Positions 9,673-20,225 of a stretch of DNA of 64,000 nt are shown in pieces. Origin of the DNA: an uncultured Bacteroidales bacterium (GTDB lineage: Bacteria > Bacteroidota > Bacteroidia > Bacteroidales > VadinHA17); the NCBI GenBank assembly GCA_963831935.1, contig CAWHSH010000014.1, positions 192,353 to 256,352 on the forward strand. The letters run 5' to 3'. Numbering within the stretch: position 1 is the stretch's first letter; every line of letters begins with the position of its first letter. Below the pieces are notes generated by a model. It was not told the origin of the DNA. It was given only the letters and a program-made list of their open reading frames with translations, and ran no database searches. The translations under genes and the position numbers were made by a program.

Positions 9673-9722
9673 AATGAATTCTTTATTTTTCTGTAATAAC
9701 CTGACTTAAAATAGTGTCTGTG

Positions 9723-10931
9723 TCACAACCGGAGGTTTGTCCCAATTGACTTTAATCTGTAACAGGGACTCGGACTCTGTTTTTTCAGGCAATAAACCGA
9801 CACTGCCAACAGATAAATCATACAGGCAATTAAAAGTGTCATACCCCACGCGATGCTGCTCAGGTCGCTTATCCATCCTACCAGCAGGGGGATGACCGCT
9901 CCTCCGGAAATCGCCATCATCACAAGTCCTGAAATTTCGTTGCTCCTGTCGGGATATCTCTCAACGGCTAATGAGAATACAAGAGGCCAGATATTTGCAA
10001 CTGCCAGTACCAATGAGGAATACCAGTCCCCAGGCAAGTACTGTTGACTTAACAAGCAATATGGCAACAAGACAAACGATCCCAAGAACAGAGGTCCATA
10101 TAAAGAACTTTCTCGAGGAGAATCTGGTAAGTATTATTGCGCCTGCAAATGTCCCAAGCATTCTGCCAAGAAAATATACACTCCGTCCTGATCTCGGCGG
10201 CTGTCTGATCGATGCCGAACTGTTTAATAAGGAATTGCCCCGAATTGGAATTAAATCCGACATCAACTCCGACAACAAGAAAAATGGAAAGTACCAATCA
10301 ACAGAACATATCCGGTTTTCAGCAACTTAAACGAGGATGCAAATGTTGCTTTGTATCCTTCCACCCTTGTTTCATTGATCTTTGCTGACCCAAGCCACAA
10401 TACAGTAAGGATCGATACAATGCCGAAGACCAGGAACAATAATTTCCAGTCGCCAAATTGAAGGCAAAGAATCCTGCCAACGGAGCTCCAATCATCGATC
10501 CGATTGCTTTCACGAATTGTGAAAAGCTCAGAAAACTCGAAGCTCTGTTCCCTGGAACGACATCGACAAGCAACGGGTTGGCTGAAACCTGGACAATCGT
10601 ATTTCCGATCCCTAAAAGTGCAAAGCCTACCAGCACCATCGCAAAGGAATAAAAGAAGAAAGGAACGAGCAATCCCAGGGCTGTAACTCCCATCCCGAAT
10701 GTTAAGCATGGCTTTCTTACCAAGCCGCGATTGCAGTACTCCAACCGGGACCGAGAGAATAAAAAACCACAGGAATGCAGCCGATGGGATCAGCTGTGCT
10801 ACTGTGGCGCTGAGGCTCATGTCTTTGCTTACTCGGTCGACTCCTATGCCGACAAGATCAACAAAACTCATGACAAAGAATGCCATGAGTACAGGTGATA
10901 TCTTCGAAATGTTAACTTTTTGTGTGGCCAT
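9723..10931 (-). CDS. Sugar MFS transporter (FucP/glucose-galactose type); at least 3 frame changes
   Basis: Fragments 10263..10931, 10319..10744, 9961..10278 and 9723..10085 join into an MFS protein (MATQKVNISKISPVLMAFFVMSFVDLVGIG...LLGIGNTIVQVSANPLL...). Confidence 0.75.
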
Positions 10932-10970
10932 AATATTTAAGGTTCAGATTTAAAGGTTAAATGTCTAAAT

Positions 10971-11058
10971 TCCCCCTTTGAAGGCCTGCCTGCATCGCCT
11001 TCGTGTAGCCGCTTCGGCCTTCGGTCGTAGAAGTCGACCTGTGGCGACGAAGACGGCA
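10971..11058. repeat. GC-rich composite repeat (TCCCCCTTTGAAGG head, CCTGCCTGC, two CTTCGG motifs)
   Basis: tccccctttgaaggcctgcctgcatcgccttcgtgtagccgcttcggccttcggtcg... Head identical to the 53586 and 53709 copies. Lies between the MFS start and the ROK stop. Confidence 0.6.
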
Positions 11059-11060
11059 GT

Positions 11061-12002
11061 TTACATAAGTGGCAATGCATGCTGTACCGCCTTCCAGAAG
11101 CCATCATCAAGAAGGTATGCAGCACCGATAAAAGCGGCATCCTCCTTAAGCTCAGAAAGTGCAACCTTACAGTTGCATCCTTCCTTCTTAAGACTGTTCT
11201 CGAAGATATTTCCAAACAGGTTATAAGCATGAGAAATATTGCCTCCCACCACCACAATCTCAGCTTTGAACCTTATAAGCCACGGAGCAAGAAATACTCC
11301 CAGATTATTTCCGAATTCAGTGAAAAGGTCCATCACTATTTTATCCTTTCCTGCCAGCTCGGAAAATTCCTTGACACCGCTCAGTTCTTTGCCGGTAAGT
11401 TTTTTATATTTCCCTATAAACCATCTCGTTGAAAAGTAATCGTCAGCAATATTGTCGCCATACGGAAGATGATAAACACAGCCCAGTCTGGGGACTTCAG
11501 GACCATCTACGATGGGGATCTGGTCGCTGACAAATGCAGAACCAAACCCGGTACCAAGAGTTACCGACATTGACCGGTTTGCACCTTTGAAGCTTTTCCG
11601 ACCAGTGCTTCACCGACAGCAAATGTCGAAACATCATTCATGAACCGGACAGGGAATCCGTCAGGGAATTCAAGGTTGTCGGATATGGCGTTCCTGGACA
11701 TTGACATCCGTAGAGATGTTCATATTTTGCGACACCCTTAATATAGCTTATCCCCTTCACATAATCAAAAGGACCGGGCATCCCGAAACCAATTCCCTTC
11801 AATGATTTCGACGGTATTTTCTTTAATAACTTCTGATAGAGCCTGAACCCATACACCAATTATCTCACTGGCTTCTGCCTTATTGTTGACAGCCCTCTCG
11901 GTACGCGTTTCATTTAAGATTTTGAATGATCTCAAGGTCAACTGCGGCACAGCTGATATGACTGCCGCCAATATCAACACCAATTGCCAGATTTTGCTTC
12001 AT
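11061..12002 (-). CDS. ROK-family sugar kinase; at least 3 frame changes
   Basis: N-terminus MKQNLAIGVDIGGSHISCAAVD (ATG at 12002). Fragments 11765..11983, 11638..11859 and 11061..11570 (..TLGTGFGSAFV..., ...VVGGNISHAY...). Confidence 0.8.
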
Positions 12003-12202
12003 AAGGAAAAAGAGGTTTAAAGTCAGGATAAAAATAGATAAAAAAGATTGATTAAAGTATTGATTTTTGTTTTAAACAAAATATTATTGCGTGTAGATTA
12101 GGTCTAAATGGATTTAATAATATAGTGATCTTTCTCATTTTAATTTAGTTTAATAGTTGTACTTTAGAAAGATCAAAACCGGGGTTGTTGATAAAGCTGA
12201 TA

Positions 12203-12281
12203 TCTACCCCCTAACCCCCCATGGGGGGCTTTATAAACATCAATAAATCAATAAGTCCCCCTTGGGGGATTTAGGGGTAGA
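12203..12281. repeat. GC-rich repeat with terminal inverted repeats (TCTACCCCCTAA ... TTAGGGGTAGA) and two internal CCCCC/GGGGG hairpins
   Basis: tctaccccctaaccccccatggggggctttataaacatcaataaatcaataagtcccccttgggggatttaggggtaga, read directly. Confidence 0.75.
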
Positions 12282-12357
12282 ACCATAAAAGATCGCTTAT
12301 TGGACAGCCCCATATAGTAAATTAACATCGATTTAACCTGGTTTAAAATACTAATTC

Positions 12358-13668
12358 ATGCCTAAAGTTACAAAGGAAGATGCGCTTCTCTACCACAGCA
12401 GGGGCCGTCACGGGAAAAGTAGAGGTTATTCCCACAAAACCTTACTGCACACAATTTGATTTGAGTCTTGCTTATACTCCTGGAGTCGCTTACCCGTGCC
12501 TTGAAATCGAGAAAACTCCGGATGATGTATATAAGTATACTGCCAAAGGGAAACCTTGTTGCGGTTATCTCTAACGGGACGGCAGTTCTCGGTCTTGGAG
12601 ATATTGGTGCAATGGCCGGAAAGCCGGTAATGGAGGGAAAAGGGCTTCTTTTCAAGGTATTTGCGGATGTGGATGTTTTTGACATTGAAGTCGATGAAAA
12701 GGATCCTGCAAAACTTGTGGAGATCTGTGCAAAGATAGCTCCTACTTTTGGAGGAATAAACCTGGAAGACATAAAGGCACCTGAATGCTTTGAGGTGGAA
12801 AGCCGCTGAAAACCATGGTGGATATTCCGGTGTTTCACGACGATCAGCACGGAACAGCGATAATCTCGGGAGCCGGGCTGCTAAATTCGCTTGAAATAAC
12901 AGGGAGAAAGATCGAAAAGCTAAAAATTGGTTGTTTGCGGTGCCGGAGCTGCTGCCATCTCCTGCTCAAGGCTCTATCTGTCGCTGGGTGTAAGGAAAGA
13001 GAATATTGTGATGGTCGACAGTAAGGGTGTTATTAACAGAAAAAGGAACGATCTCAATAAATACAAACAGGAATTTGTTACTGACAGGGATATTGACTAC
13101 GCTTGCTGATGCGGTTAAGGGAACTGATCTGTTCCTTGGACTTTCCACAGCCAATATGCTTTCGAAGGAAATGCTGGCAACTATGGCAGATAATCCGATA
13201 GTTTTCGCAATGGCAAATCCAAATCCCGAAATTACTTATGAAGACGCTATGGCAACAAGGAATGATCTGATATTTGCAACAGGTAGATCGGATTATCCAA
13301 ATCAGATAAACAATGTCCTTGGTTTTCCATTTATTTTCAGGGGTGCTCTTGATGTAAGAGCCACAACTATTAACGAAGAGATGAAGCTTGCCGCATCAAG
13401 GGCACTTGCAGCTCTGGCAAAAGAGCCGGTACCTTATGCAGTCCTGGAGGCATATAACGTTGACAGCCTTACTTTTGGAAAGGATTACATTATACCAAAA
13501 CCCCTTGATCCGCGTCTTATATCATGTGTTGCCTCATGTGTGGCAAAAGCGGCCATGGATTCAGGTGTTGCACGGCGTCCAATAACCGACTGGGACGCTT
13601 ACAGGACGATACTCGACAAAAGGCTGAGCGTCCATATTAAAAAGGTCGGGGACCTGAGTGAGTTTTAG
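12358..13668 (+). CDS. maeB: NAD(P)-dependent malic enzyme (short form, no PTA domain); at least 5 frame changes
   Basis: Fragments starting at 12358, 12380, 12468, 12815, 12927 and 13027 join as [14 protein letters not shown]...KVEVIPTKP...[10 protein letters not shown]...[13 protein letters not shown]...[14 protein letters not shown]...[12 protein letters not shown]...[10 protein letters not shown]...ANPNPEI...[15 protein letters not shown]. Confidence 0.85.
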
Positions 13669-13692
13669 AAAATCGATTTGATCTTTTTTCTT

Positions 13693-14389
13693 TCAATCAT
13701 CTGATTGTAAACTTTTTTCTCGTACATCGAGACAATAAGTCTCGGCGGTTTCAGGAATGCTGAACGAGATCCTGTTGATTGTCACATCAAACAGAGCTCT
13801 CAATGTTTTTGGTTTTCTTATCAAGAAATGTCTGAATAAGATCATACCTTTTCTCATCAGTGTCAATGACATATTTTTCGGCATTCTCCAGGGTCATGCT
13901 TTTCTTTTTCATGACATTCTCAACTCTCCAGTAGAACGGGGAAATAAGACGGATATGGAGAGAGTCTTTAATTTCCCTTGCAATTGAAACCCCGCCTCTC
14001 CCAACAAGAACAACAAAACCCTCCTTGCAAATAGACAATACAACATCCTTAATCGCTTTCTTGACCCTGAGATCACTGACAAATCCGCCCGAAAAGGCCA
14101 TAATCATTTCTGACAGATTTGATAGTTTGATCCCTGCATAATAATTTTCAATACGCTGGGTATCAATATTAAGCTCCCTTGCAATGGCGTATATGATATC
14201 TTTGTCGACCCACTTCCATTTTGTAGTTCCGAAACGGGCGTTAAGATTGTCGACTATGGTGGAAGCGACTTCGCGGGCATCACACCCGGTCAGACGTGAT
14301 ATTGTAATTACAGGTCCGTCTTCGGAAGCGGGCCCGTTAAGCACAGCTTCCCTGTAACGTTCATCAAAATAATCGAAGAATTTTTCCAT
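13693..14389 (-). CDS. Cytidylate-kinase-like family protein (AAA/P-loop-like); 1 frame change near the 3' end
   Basis: 200-aa ORF 13787..14389 (..PVITISRLTGCDAREVA..., ...VLVGRGG...). The C-terminal motif FDVTINRISFSIPETAE continues in the frame of ORF 13693..13884. Confidence 0.6.
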
Positions 14390-14690
14390 TTGACCGTTCT
14401 CCTATCTGATTTTTTCTGACTTTCTGCTTTTCTAAATAATCACACAAAAGGGCTATTATACTACTTCCAGGCTATTTTAATAAGACCTGTGAATCTCCCG
14501 ACAAGTTACATTCAAAAAAGCGAAATAAGGTACGAAAAAAAACTGAATTGCGGAAATTTTTTATCACCGCGGTCCGCAAACTACATTCCGAAAGCTTATT
14601 CTCCTTTACTTTTGGAATATTTCTTCAGTTTTTTTATATCTTTACTTTATTCAAAACATTTTATCTCGCATATATTTTAAACTAATCATT

Positions 14691-15120
14691 ATGGAGACAT
14701 CTATTTTTTCAAGACCGGAACTTATCTGGTTTATAATCGGGCTTGTCCTTTTTCTTCTTGAACTGGTGATTCCGGGATTTGTAATTTTCTTCTTTGGAGT
14801 AGGAGCCTGGATGACAGCTCTGCTCTGCCTTATTGTCCAACCCGGGGATAAATATTCAGATTATTGTTTTTGCAGTTACCTCGGTTCTTTCTCTTCTCGC
14901 TTTGAGAAAAATGATACAGAAGCGATTCTTTTACAGCAAGCCTGGGCTTTCAGAAAGTGTGGAGGATGAGTTTACCGGAAAAGAAGCACTCGCAGTTATG
15001 GATTTTGAACCAGGCAAAAACGGGAAAGTCGATTTTAAGGGTACTACATGGAAGGCTGAATCGAAATCATCTATAAACGAAGGAGAGATCGTTATTATTA
15101 AAGCGGAAAGAAAATTTTAA
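14691..15120 (+). CDS. NfeD-family membrane protein; 1 frame change
   Basis: Two TM helices, then an OB-fold tail (GKEALAVMDFEPGKNGKVDFKGTTWKAESKSSINEGEIVIIKAE). Sits immediately upstream of an SPFH protein, the canonical pairing. Confidence 0.8.
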
Positions 15121-15149
15121 ACTGATTGTTGAACCAAAAAATAAATAAA

Positions 15150-16086
15150 ATGGCAGGATCAAGTGGTACTATAATTCTGATTGGTGTAATCATTCTTGGT
15201 TTTATCCTGATTGCATCAATGGTAAAAGTTGTTCCCCAGAGAACAGCAATAATTGTGGAAAGACTTGGAAAATACAGGGCGACATTTACGGCCGGATTCC
15301 AGATTCTTATACCTTTTATCGATAAGATAAGATACAGGCATACTCTTAAGGAACAGGCTATTGATGTAGCTCCACAGGTTTGCATAACCCGTGATAATAT
15401 AGCGGTCGAGGTTGATGGTATCCTGTACCTCCAGGTGCTGGATCCGCAGAAGGCTTCATACGGTATCGACAATTACCGGTTTGCCTCAATCCAGATTGCA
15501 CAGACAACAATGAGAAGCGTGATCGGTAAACTGGAACTTGACAGAACATTCGAAGAGAGGGAAACAATAAATGTCACGATTGTCGATGCAGTAGATAAAG
15601 CAAGCGAACCCTGGGGAGTGAAGGTCACCCGATATGAGGTCAAGAATATTTCTCCACCCCAGAGTATTAAAGATGCTATGGAAAAACAGATGAGGGCTGA
15701 AAGGGAGAAAAGAGCTGTAATCGCTGAATCGGAAGGAACAAAACAGGCTAAGATAAATAATGCAGAAGGTGACAAGCAGGAGCTTATCAAGAAACTCGGA
15801 AGGTGAAATGCAGAAACGAATAAATGAGGCTGCAGGGCGTGCTTCGGAAATTGAGCAGGTCGCTAAAGCAACTGCTAACGGTTTGAGGGCAATAGCATTG
15901 GCAATTTCAGAAGAAAACGGACTGAATGCTGTCAACCTGAGAGTTGCTGAGCAATATCTGCTTGGATTTGCAAATCTGGCAAAACTGAATAATACTATAA
16001 TACTTCCGACAAATCTTACGGATGTTGCAGGTATAGTAGCGACAGCCACATCAATGTTCAATGAGATAAAGGATAAGAAAAGTTAA
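15150..16086 (+). CDS. SPFH/Band-7 (stomatin/QmcA-like) protein; 1 frame change near 15790
   Basis: ORFs 15126..15806 and 15760..16086 (VKVVPQRTAIIVERLGKY...LQVLDPQKASYGIDNY...RYEVKNISPPQSIKDAMEKQMRAEREKRA...). ATG at 15150 preferred over the TTG at 15126. Confidence 0.85.
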
Positions 16087-16181
16087 CCTCACCCTGGCCA
16101 CCCTCCCGGGCAGACAAGCAAAAAATGATTACAGGACTCTTGCACCCATTCTTTCCGGGGAGAAGGGGCCGGGGGATGAGG
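16087..16181. repeat. GC-rich repeat filling the whole spacer between two convergent stop codons (terminal inverted repeat CCTCACCC ... GGATGAGG)
   Basis: cctcaccctggccaccctcccgggcag...ccggggagaaggggccgggggatgagg. Bounded by the SPFH stop (16084..16086) and the GRE stop (16182..16184). Confidence 0.7.
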
Positions 16182-18553
16182 TCAAACGGCCGAATGCTCT
16201 GTTCTGTTTATTATCTCATTCTGAAGGTCTTCACCGAGATCGTTGAAGTAATCACTGTAACCGGCAACCCTGACTATCAGATCGCGGTATAATTCAGGAT
16301 GCTTCTGTGCATCCCTCAGAGTGGCAGCATCGACAACATTGAACTGAATATGATGTCCGTCGAGACTGAAATAGCTGCGTATCAAGGCGGTCAGACAAGT
16401 GTAGCTATCTTCGTCCTCAAAGAATGACGGCGAGAATTTCTGATTCAACAATGTTCCTCCCGTTCGGAGATGATCTATTTTTGAAGCGGATTTTATAACT
16501 GAGGTCGGTCCCTGACTGTCAACTCCCTGACTCGGGGAAATACCTTCTGAAAGGGGAGTATAAGCCTTCCTGCCGTCAGCGGTTGCACCGGTGACACTGC
16601 CAAAATAAACATGCGATGTGGTGGGCAGCATATTAATCCTGTGGACTCCGCCTCTTGACGAAGGTTTGCCATTGACGGCATCATAAAATATCTCGAAAAC
16701 AGTAACAGCTTGCTGATCAGCGTAATCATCGTCATTCCCATATTTTGGTGTATTATAGATCAGATCGTACCTGATACCGGTCAAAACCATTGAAATCGGC
16801 TTCAACAGCTTTGTTCAGCTCTGCCCAGGTCATATTTCTTCTTGTCATAAATATTGTACCTTACCGATGTCAGAATATCGGTAATACTCCCCAGCCCAAC
16901 TCCCTGGATATAAGTGGTATTATACCGTGCTCCGCCATTATTGTAGTCTTTTCCGTTCAGTATGCAGTCCTCGACAAGAAGCGACAGGAAAGGAACCGGC
17001 AGCCAGTTGGCAAATGTTCTTTCTATAACATTGTTGCCTCTTATCTTGATATCTGCAAAATATTTCACCTGCTCCCTGAATGCTTTAACCAGGTCGGCAA
17101 AGGTTTCATAATCAACGGCATATCCGGTTTGCAGGCCAACCTGTCTCCCGGTCCGTTTATCAAAGCCATTGTTAAGGGTTAGTTCAAGTATTTTTGCAAG
17201 GTTAAAATAACCTGTAAGCCAGTAAGCTTCCGTTCCGAAGGCTCCTGTTTCGACACATCCTGATGCGCCTCCGTTACGGGCATCAATCAGGTTTTTTCCC
17301 TGCCTGAGTAACTCCTGGATTATTGCTTCTGTATTAAAGCATGACGGTTGTCCAAAACCGGTCCTGATAATATCGAGGGCTTTGTGTATAAACCTGTCAG
17401 GACTTTTTCTGCTGATCTGGACCATTGAGCTTGGCTGAAGTATTCTCATTTCCTTAATTACATCAAGCAGTATATAGGACATCTCATTTACTGCATCTGT
17501 TCCGTCAGCTTTGACGCCACCCAGGTTAATAAGGCAAAAATCAGTATAGGTATTGCTTTCACTTGCAGTTACACCAATCTTGGGTGGTGAAGGATGGTTA
17601 TTGAATTTAACCCAGAAGCATCCCAGAAGATCATATAGTTCTTCTGCCGGCAGTGTTCCTGCTTCAATTTCCTTCTTATACACCGGATAAAGATGCTGGT
17701 CGAGCCTGCCCGGATTAAATGAGTCCCAGGGATTAAGCTCGGTAATGACTCCGATATGGATAAACCAGTAATGCTGAAGCATCTCATGAACAGTTTCAGG
17801 TGCTTCAGCCGGAACCTTCCGGCATATTGCCGCCATTTTCAGAAGTTCCATTTTTCTGTTACTGTTATTTTCAGAGGAAGCCAGTTTCTCAAGCTCTTCA
17901 GAATACCTAACGGCGTACATTATAATTGCATCGCACGCTATCTCCATTCCTTTGAGCTCCTCGGTCTTATCGAATGCATCCTTATCATTAAAGAAATCAA
18001 TCCTTGAAGCAGTATCCCTGATCTCCTCCTTCAATTTATTGAAACCCGTTTTGAACATTTTGTAGCCAAGCACTGTATGTCCGGGAGCACGTTGCTCCTG
18101 AAACTCCGTGAAAATCCCTGCTTCATAGGCATTAATCCATTCAGGCGTCATCCGGTTCATGATCCTGTCGCGGTTGGTTTTGCCTTTCCAGAAAGGAATG
18201 ATCTCTTCCTTATAAGCCCTTCTTACTTCATCATCAACCCTGAAGAATACCTTCTTCCTGGAATCAAGGACATCGAGATCCTGCAAAGAATGAAGGCTTA
18301 TCTCAGGATAAGTGGGAGTCTCTTTCGGAGCAGGTCCCCTTTCGCCGACTATAAGTTCACCCTCATTAATACATAACTTCTTGTTTTTCAAAAGGTATTC
18401 AAATGCTTTTGCCCGAAGAACCGGAGCCGACAGTCCGCGTGCTTCATCACTTTTATAAAAACCGGTAATAAGCTGAGCCCTTTCGGCTGAGATCTTCTCG
18501 ACTGCATTAAGGCTCTGTTGCCGCAATTTTTTAACTCTGTCAGAAAGTATCAT
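16182..18553 (-). CDS. Glycyl radical enzyme, PFL2/glycerol-dehydratase (eliminase-type) family, possibly HypD-like; 1 frame change near 16802
   Basis: Glycyl radical motif RVAGYSDYF near the C-terminus; thiyl loop GGASGCVETG (Cys-x-Glu). PFL2-type N-terminus (EFQEQRAPGHTV, ITELNPWDSFNPGRLDQ). ATG at 18553 (MILSDRVKKLRQ). Confidence 0.85.
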
Positions 18554-18605
18554 GTAGTTACAATTAACATTTATTACCAAGATTATTTTACACTTTATAT
18601 TTCCT

Positions 18606-18742
18606 GACCTCACCCCCTAAACCGAGTCCCGATTTATCGGGACGAGCTCGCCGAAGGCAATCCCCCTCTCCCGAAGTGAGAGGGGGACTTAAGTAATTGG
18701 TTTATAAGCCCCTCCCTCCTGGGGGAGGGGTTGGGGAGAGGT
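18606..18742. repeat. Compound GC-rich repeat (three hairpins inside terminal inverted repeats) in the activase-to-GRE spacer
   Basis: gacctcaccccctaaacc ... gtcccgatttatcgggac ... ccccctctcccgaagtgagaggggg ... cccctccctcctgggggagggg ... ggttggggagaggtc, read directly. Confidence 0.75.
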
Positions 18743-18749
18743 CTTCAAT

Positions 18750-19552
18750 TCATCCTCCAATCTTAACTTTTATCCCTGTTTCAGAAAAGAATTCTTTTAA
18801 CTCCTTCATCCTCTCCTGAGATGGCTGAAGCGTATCATCCATCCGGTACGGAAGATTGAACCTCTTATATTTCGATGCACCAATCCTGTGGAAAGGAAGC
18901 AGGTTTATTTTTTTCAGGTTCTGGCATTTTAACTCAGCCAAGCAGGTTCCTCAATTCGGAAAGATTAACAGCATCATCATTTTTACCCGGGATCACCGGA
19001 ATTCTGACCATTACATCCTTTCCGCTTTTCAGTACCATTTTCAGATTATCAAGAATTCCAATATTGGAAACTCCGGTATATTCAATATGTTTCTGAATCG
19101 TCGAGGTGTTTGATATCAAACAGGAAGAGATCTGTCAAAGGCATAATTGCTTTAAAGTTTCCGGCAGAAGAATACCCTGAGGTATCGACAGCCGTATGAA
19201 ATCCTTGCACTTCGGCAGGCTTCCAATGCTTCTTAAGAAACTCATTCTGCATCAGTGGTTCACCGCCCGAAAAAGTCACACCTCCACCTGATTGTTCCAG
19301 GAAGATTCTGTCTTTTTCAAGAATTTCAATGATATTTTCCACTGAATAATATTTACCTACCTCTTCAGTTTCGGAAAACTCTTTCCCTCCTACCTTTCTT
19401 GTCTGATTCACCTTTTCCCTTGCTGGTGAAATGCCTTCCGGATTATGGCACCACCAGCACGAAAGAGGACAACCTTTCATAAAGAATGTAACCCTGATCC
19501 CGGGGCCGTCATGTATTGAATAGCGTTTAACGCTGAAGATCAATCCTTGCAT
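18750..19552 (-). CDS. Glycyl-radical-enzyme activating protein (radical SAM); 2 frame changes
   Basis: MQGLIFSVKRYSIHDGPGIRVTFFMKGCPLSCWWCHNPEG (CX3CX2C), ...GGGVTFSGGEPL... Fragments 19082..19606 (ATG at 19552), 18934..19119 and 18750..18941. Directly upstream of the GRE. Confidence 0.85.
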
Positions 19553-20225
19553 TATGAAAAAATGTGAAAAAAAAATAAATAAAAAAACCGGGAACAAGAA
19601 CACCATTCTGTTTGTTTAATAACAGAAATGATGGCAGGAATACTAGCTGTAGAACATCAGACAGCTATAAAGTCTCCTTCCGAGACGCTGCATCATGAAA
19701 CGATATCTTAGGTTTGAAATCATAACTGTTTAACTGGCCGAAAGTTATAAAAAAAAATTTCAAATTGTTAAAAAATTAAGGAAAATCGTCTGAAAAATTA
19801 ACAAAAGATTAACATAAACAGCCTGCAACAAAATTATAATCCAGGCGTCTATATATTGAGAGTAAAACAAAATAATATATTATTCAGAAAGTTCTTTTTT
19901 TAATTGGTTTAGTTTTTCTCCGTAAAAGGAATCAACTATATAATACTTAAAGATTTCTTCAATGGCCGTTCGGCCAAATTCTACGATCAGGTTTAGGTTA
20001 ATGAAGGAAAGATAACTCCCAACTATCTTTCCTTTTTTTTTTGCACGTTTCTTAGCCTTTTTTCTTGTTTACTATGATGGCTTAGAATTCTAAATTCCGT
20101 TCAAAAGCAATTGTACCGGGCGGCAGAGAATTTCAAGAAAAAATATATTTGACTCGTGTAAATAATCCGGAATTTTCAATCTTTGTACCTTGCCTGTTCA
20201 AGAAAGTTAATATCAAACCTGAGTT

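Noticed and set aside
10937-11257. Minus-strand 106-aa ORF overlapping the ROK 3' end and the GC-rich repeat. The same applies to the N-terminal extensions of ORFs 4052..4777 and 16802..18613.
   Set aside because: The sequence is repeat-derived or out of frame with the supported gene. The internal starts at 4696 and 18553 fit signal-peptide and family N-termini.
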